Origin: Gammaproteobacteria bacterium
Lineage (GTDB): Bacteria > Pseudomonadota > Gammaproteobacteria > Francisellales > CACEW01
Reading direction: 5' to 3'
DNA length: 59,913 nt
NCBI GenBank assembly: GCA_965662575.1
Contig: CBFIHN010000003.1
Coordinates: 1-59,913, forward strand
Part shown: positions 36,156 through 46,641 of the stretch, one piece after another
Layout: each line of letters opens with the position of its first letter
How positions within the stretch are numbered: position 1 is the stretch's first letter
Position numbers and translations under genes: made by a program
The notes under the pieces: generated by a model
Database searches by the model: none
What the model was told of the DNA's origin: nothing
The model's input: only the letters and a program-made list of their open reading frames with translations

Positions 36156-37184
36156 ATGAACATCGCCGCACAGCAACAACGCATTGATCAACACTGGCCA
36201 CAGCACTTGCCAGAAAAACTAAGCACGGATCAAGCTGATGTCTATCGCCATAAAATTAAACAGCAACTCATAGAAAAAAATGCGGTACTTGTCGCACATT
36301 ATTACGTCGATGATCAAATTCAACAACTCGCTGAAGAAACTGGTGGTATTGTTGCTGATTCATTAGAGATGGCACGTTTTGGCGCAAAGCACTCAGCACA
36401 AACGTTAGTCGTCGCTGGTGTGCGTTTTATGGGCGAAACCGCAAAGATATTAAGCCCCGAAAAGACTATTCTGATGCCAACACTTGAGGCAACTTGTTCA
36501 CTGGATTTAAGCTGCCCAACTGATGAGTTCACGCAATTTTGCGCACAGTATCCCGACCATAAAGTTGTTGTCTATGCCAACAGCTCTGTTGCTGTTAAAG
36601 CACAGGCTGATTGGGTGGTCACGTCGAGCATTGCCTTGGATGTGGTCCGCCACCTAGACGCGCGAGGCGAGAAAATTCTTTGGGCACCAGATCGTTATTT
36701 AGGTCATTACATTCAACAGCAAACCGGTGCCAACATGGTCATGTGGCATGGGTCTTGTATGGTGCATGAGGAGTTTAAAACGTCGGCCATTCAGCAATTA
36801 AAACAAGCCTACCAAGATGCGGCGGTTTTAGTGCATCCAGAATCTCCGGCTGACGTGATTGCGCTCGCTGATGCGGTGGGCTCAACCTCCCAATTATTAG
36901 CCGCAAGTCAACATCTAGCAAACGAAACGTTTATCGTGGCTACCGATAAAGGTATTATCTATAAAATGCAACAAGCCTCACCGCATAAAACCTTTATCCC
37001 CGCGCTATCAGGTGGACATGGCGCCACTTGTCGTTCCTGCGCTCATTGCCCTTGGATGGCAATGAATGGCCTACAAAATTTGGCAGATGTTCTAGACCGT
37101 GCCGATCAAGAAATCACGGTTGATCCAACTCTTGCAAAGCAGGCTCTAGTTCCTTTGAAAAGAATGCAGGCATTTCAACAATGA
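36156..37184 (+). CDS. nadA: Quinolinate synthase
   Basis: Full-length NadA similarity ([24 protein letters not shown], CxxC...C cluster ligands). ATG 36156; the ORF track begins at TTG 36141. Confidence 0.93.
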   Translation: MNIAAQQQRIDQHWPQHLPEKLSTDQADVYRHKIKQQLIEKNAVLVAHYYVDDQIQQLAEETGGIVADSLEMARFGAKHSAQTLVVAGVRFMGETAKILSPEKTILMPTLEATCSLDLSCPTDEFTQFCAQYPDHKVVVYANSSVAVKAQADWVVTSSIALDVVRHLDARGEKILWAPDRYLGHYIQQQTGANMVMWHGSCMVHEEFKTSAIQQLKQAYQDAAVLVHPESPADVIALADAVGSTSQLLAASQHLANETFIVATDKGIIYKMQQASPHKTFIPALSGGHGATCRSCAHCPWMAMNGLQNLADVLDRADQEITVDPTLAKQALVPLKRMQAFQQ

Positions 37185-38002
37185 TTAGTATCGTGAAACA
37201 AGTTGAGTCTGCATTGGCTGAAGACATTGGCACAGGCGATATTAATGCCCTATTACTTGATGACAGTCAAATAGCCAAAGCACATGTTATCTGCCGTGAT
37301 CATGCGGTGATCTGTGGTTTAGACTGGGTCGAACAAAGCTTTCAGCAAGTCGACGAGAGGGTAATGATTCAATACCATGTCCACGAGGGTGATCAAGTTC
37401 CGCCTAAAACGGTTTTATTTGACGTTGAGGGTACAGCCAGAGCATTGGTTACCGCAGAACGTACCGCATTAAATTTTTTACAAATGCTCAGCGCCACCGC
37501 GACACAAACACAGCGGTATGCACAGGCTATTGCCCATACCAAATGCAAATTACTTGATACACGCAAGACCATTCCAGGGTTTCGTCAAGCACAGAAATAT
37601 GCTGTCCGCTGTGGTGGTGGCCATAATCACCGCCTTGGTCTATATGATGCTTTTTTGATTAAAGAAAATCATATTATCGCTTGTGGCTCAATTGCTGCAG
37701 CCGCCATGGCAGCACGTGAACTAGCCCCTAGCAAAACACTGGAAATTGAAGTCGAATCACTCGGTGAATTGGAACAAGCCATCGCTGCAAAAGTTGATAT
37801 TGTTATGCTTGACAACTTTGACTTAAATACAATGCGACAAGCTGTGGTCATTGCCAATGGTGATGTACAGCTTGAGGTTTCAGGTGATGTCACCCTAGAG
37901 ACGATTGCTGACATCGCTCAAACGGGGGTAGACTTTATTTCTGTTGGCGCAATCACCAAGCATATTCAAGCCGTTGATCTTTCTATGCGTTTCATGCCAT
38001 GA
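37181..38002 (+). CDS. nadC: Nicotinate-nucleotide pyrophosphorylase (carboxylating)
   Basis: 273 aa. [24 protein letters not shown] and IMLDNF motifs. 4-nt overlap with nadA. Confidence 0.93.
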   Translation: MISIVKQVESALAEDIGTGDINALLLDDSQIAKAHVICRDHAVICGLDWVEQSFQQVDERVMIQYHVHEGDQVPPKTVLFDVEGTARALVTAERTALNFLQMLSATATQTQRYAQAIAHTKCKLLDTRKTIPGFRQAQKYAVRCGGGHNHRLGLYDAFLIKENHIIACGSIAAAAMAARELAPSKTLEIEVESLGELEQAIAAKVDIVMLDNFDLNTMRQAVVIANGDVQLEVSGDVTLETIADIAQTGVDFISVGAITKHIQAVDLSMRFMP

Positions 38003-38466
38003 CCAATACCAGGCAGTCCCACTGGATGCAACATGCATTGGAACTTGCCCAACAAGCAGCAAACTATGGCGAAGTGCCCGTTGGCGCAGTAGTTGTCAAA
38101 GACAATCAAATCATCGGTCAGGGTTTTAATCAACCGATTGCACAACATGACCCCAGCGCACACGCAGAAATCATTGCCATACGCGAAGCAGGGAAAACGT
38201 TGAGCAATTATCGGCTATTAAACGCTGAGCTGTATGTGACGCTAGAGCCTTGCGCCATGTGTGCTTCAGCGCTGGTACATGCACGAATTAGCCACATTAT
38301 TTTTGGTGCAAAAGACCCTAAAACGGGGGTGATTTCCAGTGTTGATCAAATTTATCAACGACCCTATTTTAATCATCAACCACAGTGGACTGGTGGTGTT
38401 TTGGCTGACGAATGCAGCCTGCTGCTCAAAAACTTTTTTGGACGGCGGCGCAAGCTCAACGATTAA
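37999..38466 (+). CDS. tadA: tRNA adenosine(34) deaminase
   Basis: 155 aa. HAEIIAIREAG and TLEPCAMCASAL zinc-binding deaminase motifs. Confidence 0.93.
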   Translation: MTNTRQSHWMQHALELAQQAANYGEVPVGAVVVKDNQIIGQGFNQPIAQHDPSAHAEIIAIREAGKTLSNYRLLNAELYVTLEPCAMCASALVHARISHIIFGAKDPKTGVISSVDQIYQRPYFNHQPQWTGGVLADECSLLLKNFFGRRRKLND

Positions 38467-39299
38467 CCTTGCTGACGTCTGCCAATTTTTGACACCGCAA
38501 CCGAGAAGAGCCCAGGCGTATTTTTAGTTTGCGGCGCTGACCCCCAAGCATGGCCATAAACAACCTCATACTCCAAATCGCCAGGGAACAGTTGGCATAA
38601 TTGCTGATAGGCTTTTCGGGATAACAAGACATTTTTTTGCCCACCATTTTCTCCCGTTTGCTTTAGGTCTTGATGCCACTGGTACAAGCTCGTGTAATTG
38701 ACCGTTAGCTTTTCCATATCCATAACTGGATTGATAAACTCTGTTTTAAGCAACACATCACCAATATCATGCATATCAGCAAAGGGTTCAACATGGCGCT
38801 GGCCCAATACATGATGAACAGCACCCAAAGTATCAGGGCCTAAACTTGAAAATAACAATAATCCACCAGGGGCAAGTACCCGTTTAATTTCAGCAAAGAC
38901 TCGCTCTATATTAGCCCAATAAAAACATTGATTAGAAAACACCATATCCAATGATTGATCAGCAAATGGTAGGGCATGTATATCAGCGGTAACCGGCTTG
39001 AGTCTCGCATATTGATCTGCACACAATAGTGATCGTTGGTGCGCTGAATCTAGACAATACACGGTAGCCTTTTTAAATCGCTGACGCAGACTCATACTCA
39101 AGGTACCACACCCTGACCCAAGGTCTACAATTTGCTTGGGTTGATAACGAATAAAATCTAGTTTATCCAACAAGCGCTGACCAATTTCCTGCGCAATAAA
39201 GGCATGTTGATCATAACTATTGGCCGTGCGATCGGCACGTTGTTGTCGACGTTTATGCTGATTATTCAAAGCTGGATTCACTCTGCTGATAGGTATCAC
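38463..39299 (-). CDS. Class I SAM-dependent methyltransferase, BioC-like
   Basis: 278 aa. Motif I IVDLGSGCGTL and post-I/II motifs (PFADQSLDMVFSN, LAPGGLLLFSS). Overall layout resembles malonyl-ACP O-methyltransferase, but no bio genes are nearby. Confidence 0.6.
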   Translation of the reverse strand: MIPISRVNPALNNQHKRRQQRADRTANSYDQHAFIAQEIGQRLLDKLDFIRYQPKQIVDLGSGCGTLSMSLRQRFKKATVYCLDSAHQRSLLCADQYARLKPVTADIHALPFADQSLDMVFSNQCFYWANIERVFAEIKRVLAPGGLLLFSSLGPDTLGAVHHVLGQRHVEPFADMHDIGDVLLKTEFINPVMDMEKLTVNYTSLYQWHQDLKQTGENGGQKNVLLSRKAYQQLCQLFPGDLEYEVVYGHAWGSAPQTKNTPGLFSVAVSKIGRRQQG

Positions 39300-40536
39300 G
39301 AATAAACCATGCTAACAGCGCTGCCAAAGCCAAGCTAATAGGAATAATAACTATTGCATGCTGATAGGCTTGCAAAGTGTAATGACCAGAAGCAACATCT
39401 GCTTTGCTGGCGGCCGCATCGAGTAACTCACCCAAACCACCTTGAAAAATCATGCCCCCCAGCATGGTTAAAAAATTAATAAACGCAACCGCCGTAGCCA
39501 CAACCGACCGAGAGGGACAAACATCACGCGCCACCACAAAACTCAGTGTTTCAACTGCGGACACAGCACCAAATAAGCAAAATAGCAGACAAACACAGTA
39601 GAACGGGACTGTGGCAACATAGAGCAGCAACATGGCTAACAACAAGGCAATGATTGCACCCAGACGCATAAAAAACACGCGGTTTTGGAAATAATCTGAC
39701 AAACCACCAGTCACCGTTGAACCAATCGCCCAACCGATAAAAATTGAACCTGTTGCCGTTGTTGCCTGTACGGCCGTGTAATGGTGAAACAATTCTAGAT
39801 AAGGCACACCCCAAAGCTCAGCAAACACTGAGGTCGGTAAAAACATCAAACCGGCAAAGACACCTGCCAGCCAAACAGACGGTATTTTCAGCACTGACTT
39901 AAATTGCGCAAGCACACTGGCAAACTCCACCCGATGAGTCGCATGCCGGTGTTGAATGCGAGAGGTCATCAGATAAGATAAAAGCAGCATTAAGATTAGC
40001 AACACACCCAAAACGGTAAATACCTGAATCGTCAGGCGCCAACTATCACTTGTCATGAGTTGGCTCATGATCATTTGACCCAGACCGGCCCCTAAGAATC
40101 CCAGAGAACCAACAGCGCCAGCTGACAGGGCAAAATAACGCGCAGGCAACCATACTGCTGCTAGCTTCACAGCCCCGACAAAGGCAAATGCTGAGCCAAA
40201 TCCTTGCAAAAACCGACCCCCTGCAGCAAGCCAATAAGACGACGAGCTTGCCATTAAAAAACTCCCAACAGCGCACAAAGCCACAGCAAACACAATCACA
40301 TGGCGCGGACGGAAGCGGTCAATAATCACCCCAATAAATAATTGCATGGGCGTATAGGCATAAAAATAAAAAGCACTGAGCGTACCAAACCATGCTGCAT
40401 TGAGGTGGAAATCTTGCATTAATTGCGCACTCATCACACTCGGCGCAACACGCAAGAAATACTCGTAGGCATAAAACAACCCCCCGAGCACAACAATATA
40501 AGTGCCCACCAGATAACGCAGCTGTTTTCTATTCAT
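39262..40536 (-). CDS. MFS transporter
   Basis: 424 aa, 12 predicted TM helices, MFS loop motif GVIIDRFRPRHV. Confidence 0.8.
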   Translation of the reverse strand: MNRKQLRYLVGTYIVVLGGLFYAYEYFLRVAPSVMSAQLMQDFHLNAAWFGTLSAFYFYAYTPMQLFIGVIIDRFRPRHVIVFAVALCAVGSFLMASSSSYWLAAGGRFLQGFGSAFAFVGAVKLAAVWLPARYFALSAGAVGSLGFLGAGLGQMIMSQLMTSDSWRLTIQVFTVLGVLLILMLLLSYLMTSRIQHRHATHRVEFASVLAQFKSVLKIPSVWLAGVFAGLMFLPTSVFAELWGVPYLELFHHYTAVQATTATGSIFIGWAIGSTVTGGLSDYFQNRVFFMRLGAIIALLLAMLLLYVATVPFYCVCLLFCLFGAVSAVETLSFVVARDVCPSRSVVATAVAFINFLTMLGGMIFQGGLGELLDAAASKADVASGHYTLQAYQHAIVIIPISLALAALLAWFIRDTYQQSESSFE

Positions 40537-41246
40537 CGCTTACTGCTGTGAACCAGCATAGCCGTTGCGCCTGCAACCGCAGCCGGCATGACGACAATGT
40601 TGATTACTGGCACCATCATTGCAACCATAACACTAAGACCAAAACTAAAACTCATGGTTTTATGTGCTGATAACCACGTTTTTACACCATCAAATGTTTG
40701 GTGATTATTATCCATGGGGTAATCAATATATTGTAAACTTTGCATCCACGAACCAAACAAAAACCATAAAATGGCTACCAGCAGATTAATCCCGGGAATG
40801 ACACTAAGCACCAACAAACCTAATGCTCGCGGCAAATAATATATTAGTTTTTGCCACTCTCGCGTCAAGGCCTTTGGCACATCAGCAACAACCGAAAACC
40901 AAGGCATATCGGGCAATGGCTCACCCGTCAGATATTGTTGAATCCGCTCAGACAATAGGCCATAAAAAGGCGCTGCAATCAGGTTAGCTAACCAAGTAAA
41001 GATATACGCTGTCATCAGCAAACCCAGAACAATATAAACTAACCAAAAAAGACCACTAAGCCAGTGCAACCAACTTGGCAAGTCATGGTTTAGCCAGGCT
41101 GTGAATTCAGCAAAAAAATGTCCACTGACACCCCAGATGCAAATAAACAAAATGGCATTAATAAGCAGAGGAATATAAACAAATCGACGAATTCTGGATT
41201 GCATCACCAAACGAAAACCCGTCATAAAAAAATGGAAACCGCCCAT
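40533..41246 (-). CDS. cysZ: Sulfate transporter CysZ (EI24/CysZ family)
   Basis: 237 aa. N-terminal GFRLVMQSRIRRFVYIPLLINAILF and four TM regions are collinear with CysZ. Confidence 0.8.
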   Translation of the reverse strand: MGGFHFFMTGFRLVMQSRIRRFVYIPLLINAILFICIWGVSGHFFAEFTAWLNHDLPSWLHWLSGLFWLVYIVLGLLMTAYIFTWLANLIAAPFYGLLSERIQQYLTGEPLPDMPWFSVVADVPKALTREWQKLIYYLPRALGLLVLSVIPGINLLVAILWFLFGSWMQSLQYIDYPMDNNHQTFDGVKTWLSAHKTMSFSFGLSVMVAMMVPVINIVVMPAAVAGATAMLVHSSKR

Positions 41247-41249
41247 TAC

Positions 41250-41852
41250 CTACCAACCCGCACGAATGATTTGCCCAGTTTGCAAGCCTTCAATACTTTT
41301 CACATAGGCCTGAGCAACCTCTGCTGCCACAACCGTAGGAAAACCCCAAAAATATGGCTGATAAACTGGCAATGACTCTTTAACGACCGTTGGGCTCACA
41401 ATATTAATCCGCGCTTGTTTTGGTAATTCAATCGCTGCACTGGCAATAAACCCTTCAAGCGCACCATTAACCATGGCTGCCGAACTACCAAAGCGAATCG
41501 GATCCTGATTGAGAATACCCGAGGTTAGCGTGAATGAGCCACCATCATTGATATACTTCAAGCCATGCATAACCAAATTCACTTGCCCCATCAACTTATT
41601 ATCTAAACCGATTGACCACTTCTCACGATTAAACTGGCTCAGCTCACCAAAATGGACTTTCCCAGTGGTGGAAATCAACGCATCAAAGGCACCAATCTGT
41701 TCAAATAATTGGATAATGGATTGCTCATCCGCAATATCAACCTGATAATCACCCGATGAAAAACCGACATTCACCAGCTCATGACGACCTGATAATGCCG
41801 CACAAACTGCTTGACCAATCGTGCCACTGGCACCAACAACTATTATTTTCAT
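41250..41852 (-). CDS. Short-chain dehydrogenase/reductase (SDR) family protein
   Basis: MKIIVVGASGTIGQAV Rossmann motif. About 200 aa. ATG 41852 is preferred over TTG 41861. Confidence 0.75.
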   Translation of the reverse strand: MKIIVVGASGTIGQAVCAALSGRHELVNVGFSSGDYQVDIADEQSIIQLFEQIGAFDALISTTGKVHFGELSQFNREKWSIGLDNKLMGQVNLVMHGLKYINDGGSFTLTSGILNQDPIRFGSSAAMVNGALEGFIASAAIELPKQARINIVSPTVVKESLPVYQPYFWGFPTVVAAEVAQAYVKSIEGLQTGQIIRAGW

Positions 41853-42049
41853 AAATCGCAAATCCTGCGCGGTTAACGCAAGCTCCTCACGGCTTCATTC
41901 GTCTAAAAGGTGCGGCCGTTGCGCTCCCCTTCAGCATCCTCAGGCATGACAATACCCGTAACAAATCACGAGGTATCACTAGCCATCCATTAGCCCGACG
42001 TCATTCTGTGTAAGATTGGATTGATTCAACAATGTCCTGCAAAATGGAA

Positions 42050-45000
42050 TTACTCCGCTATAAACTCACGCCACGGCTTTGCAACAATCATTCTACCATA
42101 AAGGCTCAGCAAACAACGTAGCATCAAGTGTGCACTCTGAAGGTTAGTGATTAATGGAATATGATGATCAATGGCCAAACGCCTTAAGGTAAATCCATCG
42201 GTAACTTGTGCTGAATGGCTCACCGCATTGCCTTGTGGAATATTGATAATCAAATCTACCTGCTGATTACGCAGCAAACCCGTTACATTTGGTGTCAGCG
42301 TCTCACTGGCCTTATAAACACGATGACTGTCAATCCCATGCATAGCTAAATAGTTATATGTGCCAGCAGTGGTATACAGCTCCCAACCTTGTTGGGCTAA
42401 TTGTTTAAGTGGCTCCAGCAGGCGGGGTTTTTTATCCTGGGCAATGCTAACAAATACACGCTTACCCTGGACTGTCTGCTCAGTCGCCATCCATGACAAA
42501 TAAAAAGCCTCCAGCAGATCGTCTCCCAAACAAGCCACCTCACCTGTTGACGCCATTTCAACATGTGCCACAGGGTTAGCACCTTTTAAACGGCTATAAG
42601 AGAACTGGGGTGATTTGACACCAACGTGGTCTAAATCTAAGGTGTTGTAGAGCTTTGGTTGATAACATCCCATGACCACTTCTGTTGCAATCTTAATAAA
42701 ATTATGTCCCGTCACTTTTGACACAAACGGGAACGAACGTGATGCACGCACATTGCACTCAATAACTTTAATCCAGTTATTTTTCGCAATAAACTGCATA
42801 TTAAAGGGGCCAGTAATATTTAAGGCTTTAACAATCTTACGACTAATACGTTTGGCACGGCGAATGGTTTCTAAATAGAGGTTCTGTGGTGGCAAGACAA
42901 TGGTTGCGTCACCCGAATGTACCCCCGCATTTTCAACATGTTCAGAAATGGCATAAATTTCAATCTTGCCCGCATTGGCAACACCGTCGATCTCAAGCTC
43001 TTTGCCTTCTTGAATAAAATCTGAAACGACCACCGGATGATCAGGTGACACCGTAGATGCTTGTGCCAGATAATCTTTCATATCTTGTTCAGAATAGACA
43101 ACATTCATCGCCGCACCAGATAAGACATAAGATGGACGAATTAACACGGGATAACCCACACGATTGGCAAATTCATAGGCTTTATGTAAATCCGTTGCCG
43201 CACACCACGCGGGCTGATCGATATTGAGGCTATTTAAAAGCGAAGAAAACTTCTCCCGGTCTTCGGCCGTATTAATTCGTTCTGGTGGCGTGCCTAAAAT
43301 GGGGTAACCGGCTTGATGCAGTGGCATCACTAGATTATTAGCCACCTGACCACCAACCCCGACCATGATTCCGCGCAGATTTTCAAAATCTGCGATATCT
43401 TGCACACGCTCTAAAGAGAGCTGTTCAAAATACAAACGATCTGATTCATCATAATCAGTAGACACGGTTTCAGGATTAGCGTTGATAAAAATAGCGGTTT
43501 CGCCAAGTTGCTTTAAAGTTCGAGACGTCGTCACACCTGACCAATCAAATTCAACTGATGAACCAATACTATACGGCCCTGAGCCCAAAATAATCGTTGC
43601 GGCTTGTGCCGAAGGTTGCAAATCATGCTCGCAGCCATGGTATGTCATATAAAGATAATTGGTTTCTGCATCAAATTCACCAGCCAATGTATCGATTTGT
43701 TTGACCACGGGTGTAATACCCATGGCAATACGCTGTGCGCGAATTTCCTGTGTCTGCTGACGAGTTAAACGCGCGATACTATGATCAGAAAAACCGAGTT
43801 GCTTCGCGGTTTTAAGTTTCTCGGCAGTTAACTTGTCCGATGCTAGGATATTAGCAAACAACGCCATTGTTTGTACGTGATGCAAAAACCATAAATCAAT
43901 CTGTGACAATCGATGCGCATGGTGCAAATCGCCCCCCTGTTTAAAGAAACGATATAGCGCAAATAAACGTTTGTCAGTCGCATATTGAATTTCATGTTCA
44001 AGATCATCAATTGCTTGGCAATAGTCATCAATATCCGCAACACCAATGTTCAACATTCCAACGGCTTTTTGTAAGGCTTCTGGAAATGAGCGACCAATGG
44101 CCATTACCTCACCAACACTTTTCATTTCTGTGCCAATATAGCGCTCAGCACCTTTCAATTTATGCGTATCCCAACGGGGAATTTTTACCACAATGTAATC
44201 TAAAGCCGGTTCAAAATAAGCACAAGTTTTTTTGGTGACGCTATTTTTCAGCTCATGCAGCTGGTAACCCAAGGCCAATTTTGTCGCGACAAAAGCCAAT
44301 GGGTAGCCAGTCGCCTTTGATGCTAGAGCACTCGAACGTGATAAGCGTGGATTGATTTCTATCACTCGATATTCACTGGTCTCAAGATTAAAGGCATATT
44401 GAATATTACATTCACCAACAATATGAAAATGATTGGCAACATCAATTGCCACCTTACGCAGCAGATGGTATTCGCGGTTATCCAACGATTGAGATGGGGA
44501 GACAACGATACTTTCGCCCGTATGGATACCCATCGGATCAAAGTTTTCCATGTTGCAAACCGTTAAGACATTGCCCGCCGAGTCACGCACAATTTCGTAT
44601 TCAAATTCACTCCAACCAATTAAATTTTCTTCAATCAAAACCTGGGGCGCAACGCTCAATGTCTTTTGCACTTTATCGCGCAGTTCTGTTTCATCGCGGA
44701 CAATACCTGACCCCAAACCCCCTAAGGAAAACGCAGAACGCATCATTAGGGGGTAACCCACGGCTTTAGCTGCTGCCAGTGCAGCATCTAAGGTTTCAAC
44801 ACCAAAACTTTTTGCACTATCGATGCCAATTTTATCTAACTCTGCCTTAAATCGTGCACGATCTTCTGATAAACGAATTGTGTCTGTACTCGACCCTAAC
44901 ACCCTGACATTGTACTGTCTTAATACACCGGCATCTTCTAGTGCCAGACCAAGGTTTAACGCTGTTTGTCCCCCAAAGCTTAATAACACGGCATCCGGTT

Positions 45001-45271
45001 TCTCTTTTGCAATAATTTGCGTCACGGTATCGACATTCAATGGCTGCAAATAAACGTCATCCGCCATCTCGGCGTCCGTTTGAATGGTTGCAATATTGGG
45101 ATTGACCAACAACACACGAATGCCTTCTTCTTTTAAGGCTTTGATCGCTTGCGAACCTGAGTAATCAAATTCCCCGGCCTGACTAATCCTCAGTCCACCA
45201 GAGCCTAATAATAGAACAGTCTTGATTGATTGCACGCTAAATCCTTGGCTAAAAACAAATCGCTTAAGCAT
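42050..45271 (-). CDS. carB: Carbamoyl-phosphate synthase large subunit
   Basis: 1073 aa, the same length as E. coli CarB. Duplicated ATP-grasp halves (GEFDYSG and VEFDWSG), MKSVGEVMAIGR, and a C-terminal MGS-like allosteric domain. Confidence 0.93.
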   Translation of the reverse strand: MLKRFVFSQGFSVQSIKTVLLLGSGGLRISQAGEFDYSGSQAIKALKEEGIRVLLVNPNIATIQTDAEMADDVYLQPLNVDTVTQIIAKEKPDAVLLSFGGQTALNLGLALEDAGVLRQYNVRVLGSSTDTIRLSEDRARFKAELDKIGIDSAKSFGVETLDAALAAAKAVGYPLMMRSAFSLGGLGSGIVRDETELRDKVQKTLSVAPQVLIEENLIGWSEFEYEIVRDSAGNVLTVCNMENFDPMGIHTGESIVVSPSQSLDNREYHLLRKVAIDVANHFHIVGECNIQYAFNLETSEYRVIEINPRLSRSSALASKATGYPLAFVATKLALGYQLHELKNSVTKKTCAYFEPALDYIVVKIPRWDTHKLKGAERYIGTEMKSVGEVMAIGRSFPEALQKAVGMLNIGVADIDDYCQAIDDLEHEIQYATDKRLFALYRFFKQGGDLHHAHRLSQIDLWFLHHVQTMALFANILASDKLTAEKLKTAKQLGFSDHSIARLTRQQTQEIRAQRIAMGITPVVKQIDTLAGEFDAETNYLYMTYHGCEHDLQPSAQAATIILGSGPYSIGSSVEFDWSGVTTSRTLKQLGETAIFINANPETVSTDYDESDRLYFEQLSLERVQDIADFENLRGIMVGVGGQVANNLVMPLHQAGYPILGTPPERINTAEDREKFSSLLNSLNIDQPAWCAATDLHKAYEFANRVGYPVLIRPSYVLSGAAMNVVYSEQDMKDYLAQASTVSPDHPVVVSDFIQEGKELEIDGVANAGKIEIYAISEHVENAGVHSGDATIVLPPQNLYLETIRRAKRISRKIVKALNITGPFNMQFIAKNNWIKVIECNVRASRSFPFVSKVTGHNFIKIATEVVMGCYQPKLYNTLDLDHVGVKSPQFSYSRLKGANPVAHVEMASTGEVACLGDDLLEAFYLSWMATEQTVQGKRVFVSIAQDKKPRLLEPLKQLAQQGWELYTTAGTYNYLAMHGIDSHRVYKASETLTPNVTGLLRNQQVDLIINIPQGNAVSHSAQVTDGFTLRRLAIDHHIPLITNLQSAHLMLRCLLSLYGRMIVAKPWREFIAE

Positions 45272-45361
45272 ATCATACCGAATAGCATCACCCTACAGCT
45301 TGAACCATAAACTAAAAAAAGGTTAGGATTAGGCCGCATTCATTAACCCAGTTGCAAACTG

Positions 45362-46630
45362 ATGGAACCTGACAGCACCCACGCAACCGCCTACTACACC
45401 AAAGCCATTATTATTTTCATTCTGATGGCAACTTTTCTTGCTTTTGAAATGGCTTTACAAGTTTCCCCAGGCGTGATGACAACACAACTCATCCAGGCAC
45501 TGAAACTGAGTGCGTTTGGTTTAGGCATTCTTTCTGGCTTCTACTTTGTCACTTACACGTTGATGCAAATTCCCTCAGGCTTACTTTATGATCGTGCTAA
45601 TTTTCGCCTGTTGGTCACCACGGCAATTTTAATTTGTAGTTTGGGTGTTGCCCTATTTGGTAGTTCTGAGGGCATTGTAACTGGCTCAGTTTCTCGCCTG
45701 TTGATGGGGTTTGGCTCAGCATTTGCATTTTTATCGGTGTTAACAGTGGCCGCGCGCTACTTTCCCGCAAGATATTTTGCTCTGTTAACTGGATTAGCCC
45801 AAATGCTAGCGGCGATTGGCGGCATGGCTGGTGAATTACCCATTGCCGCGATGGTCGACCACTTTGGTTGGCGCCATAGCTTATGGATTCTCGCGATTTT
45901 TGGTTTAATGCTTGCTTTAGTTATTTGGTTTTTTATTCGCAAACCCAAACAAGCACCACAAGCAGAACTGCAAAGTGAGCCTGTTTGGCACAGTCTGACA
46001 GCCATCTGTCAAAAGCGCCAAACGTGGATGGCCGGACTCTATGCCTTTTTTAATTGGGCACCCATTACTGCTTTTGCCTCCCTGTGGGGCGTGCCATTCA
46101 TTCGTACTGCCTATCAAATGAGCACCACCGAAGCTGCAGGGCTATGTGCTTTAATCTGGCTGGGTATTGGTGTTGCTAGTCCTATCATCGGTGGTATCTC
46201 TGACTGGATTGGAAGACGTAATCCACTGATGGCACTGATGGCCTTACTTGGTCTAGTCAGCATGGCCATCGTCATTTATGTGCCTCACTTACCTGTGATG
46301 ATATTGGGTTTATTACTCTTTGTCTCTGGTATGGGATCTGGTGGTCAAATTTTAAGTTTTGCCGTGGTCAAAGATGGTAGTTCACGCAAACGGGTGTCAA
46401 CAACGATTGGTTTTAACAATATGGCTGTCGTTGCCAGTGGATTCCTCGTTCAACCACTCATTGGCAAACTGATTTCTTGGGGCAGTGGTCATGGCGCAGC
46501 CCCTGGGCAAGTGACTTATACTCTGGCGGACTTCCATCGCTCACTGAGCTTAATCCCTATTTTTTATGGCATCTGCTTATTCTTGGCTCTATTCGGTATT
46601 CAAGAGACCTACTGTAAAGCCAGTGATTAG
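45362..46630 (+). CDS. MFS transporter
   Basis: 422 aa, 12 predicted TM helices, loop motif GLLYDRANFR. Similar to the MFS at 39262-40536. Confidence 0.8.
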   Translation: MEPDSTHATAYYTKAIIIFILMATFLAFEMALQVSPGVMTTQLIQALKLSAFGLGILSGFYFVTYTLMQIPSGLLYDRANFRLLVTTAILICSLGVALFGSSEGIVTGSVSRLLMGFGSAFAFLSVLTVAARYFPARYFALLTGLAQMLAAIGGMAGELPIAAMVDHFGWRHSLWILAIFGLMLALVIWFFIRKPKQAPQAELQSEPVWHSLTAICQKRQTWMAGLYAFFNWAPITAFASLWGVPFIRTAYQMSTTEAAGLCALIWLGIGVASPIIGGISDWIGRRNPLMALMALLGLVSMAIVIYVPHLPVMILGLLLFVSGMGSGGQILSFAVVKDGSSRKRVSTTIGFNNMAVVASGFLVQPLIGKLISWGSGHGAAPGQVTYTLADFHRSLSLIPIFYGICLFLALFGIQETYCKASD

Positions 46631-46641
46631 CATTCTGGTTA

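Noticed and set aside
41862-42049. 188-nt spacer downstream of carB shares a 10-nt string (AGAATGACGT / ACGTCATTCT) with the atpD-atpC spacer, hinting at a second repeat family.
   Set aside because: A single 10-mer match in 60 kb on both strands is expected by chance at an appreciable rate, and the flanking sequence does not align convincingly.
45347-45361. CCCAGTTGCAAACTG, just upstream of the MFS start, resembles the repeat terminal inverted repeat (CTGTTGCAAGCTG, 11 of 13 matches). It could be a solo end.
   Set aside because: It is too short and has no further element homology on either side. It could be coincidence.
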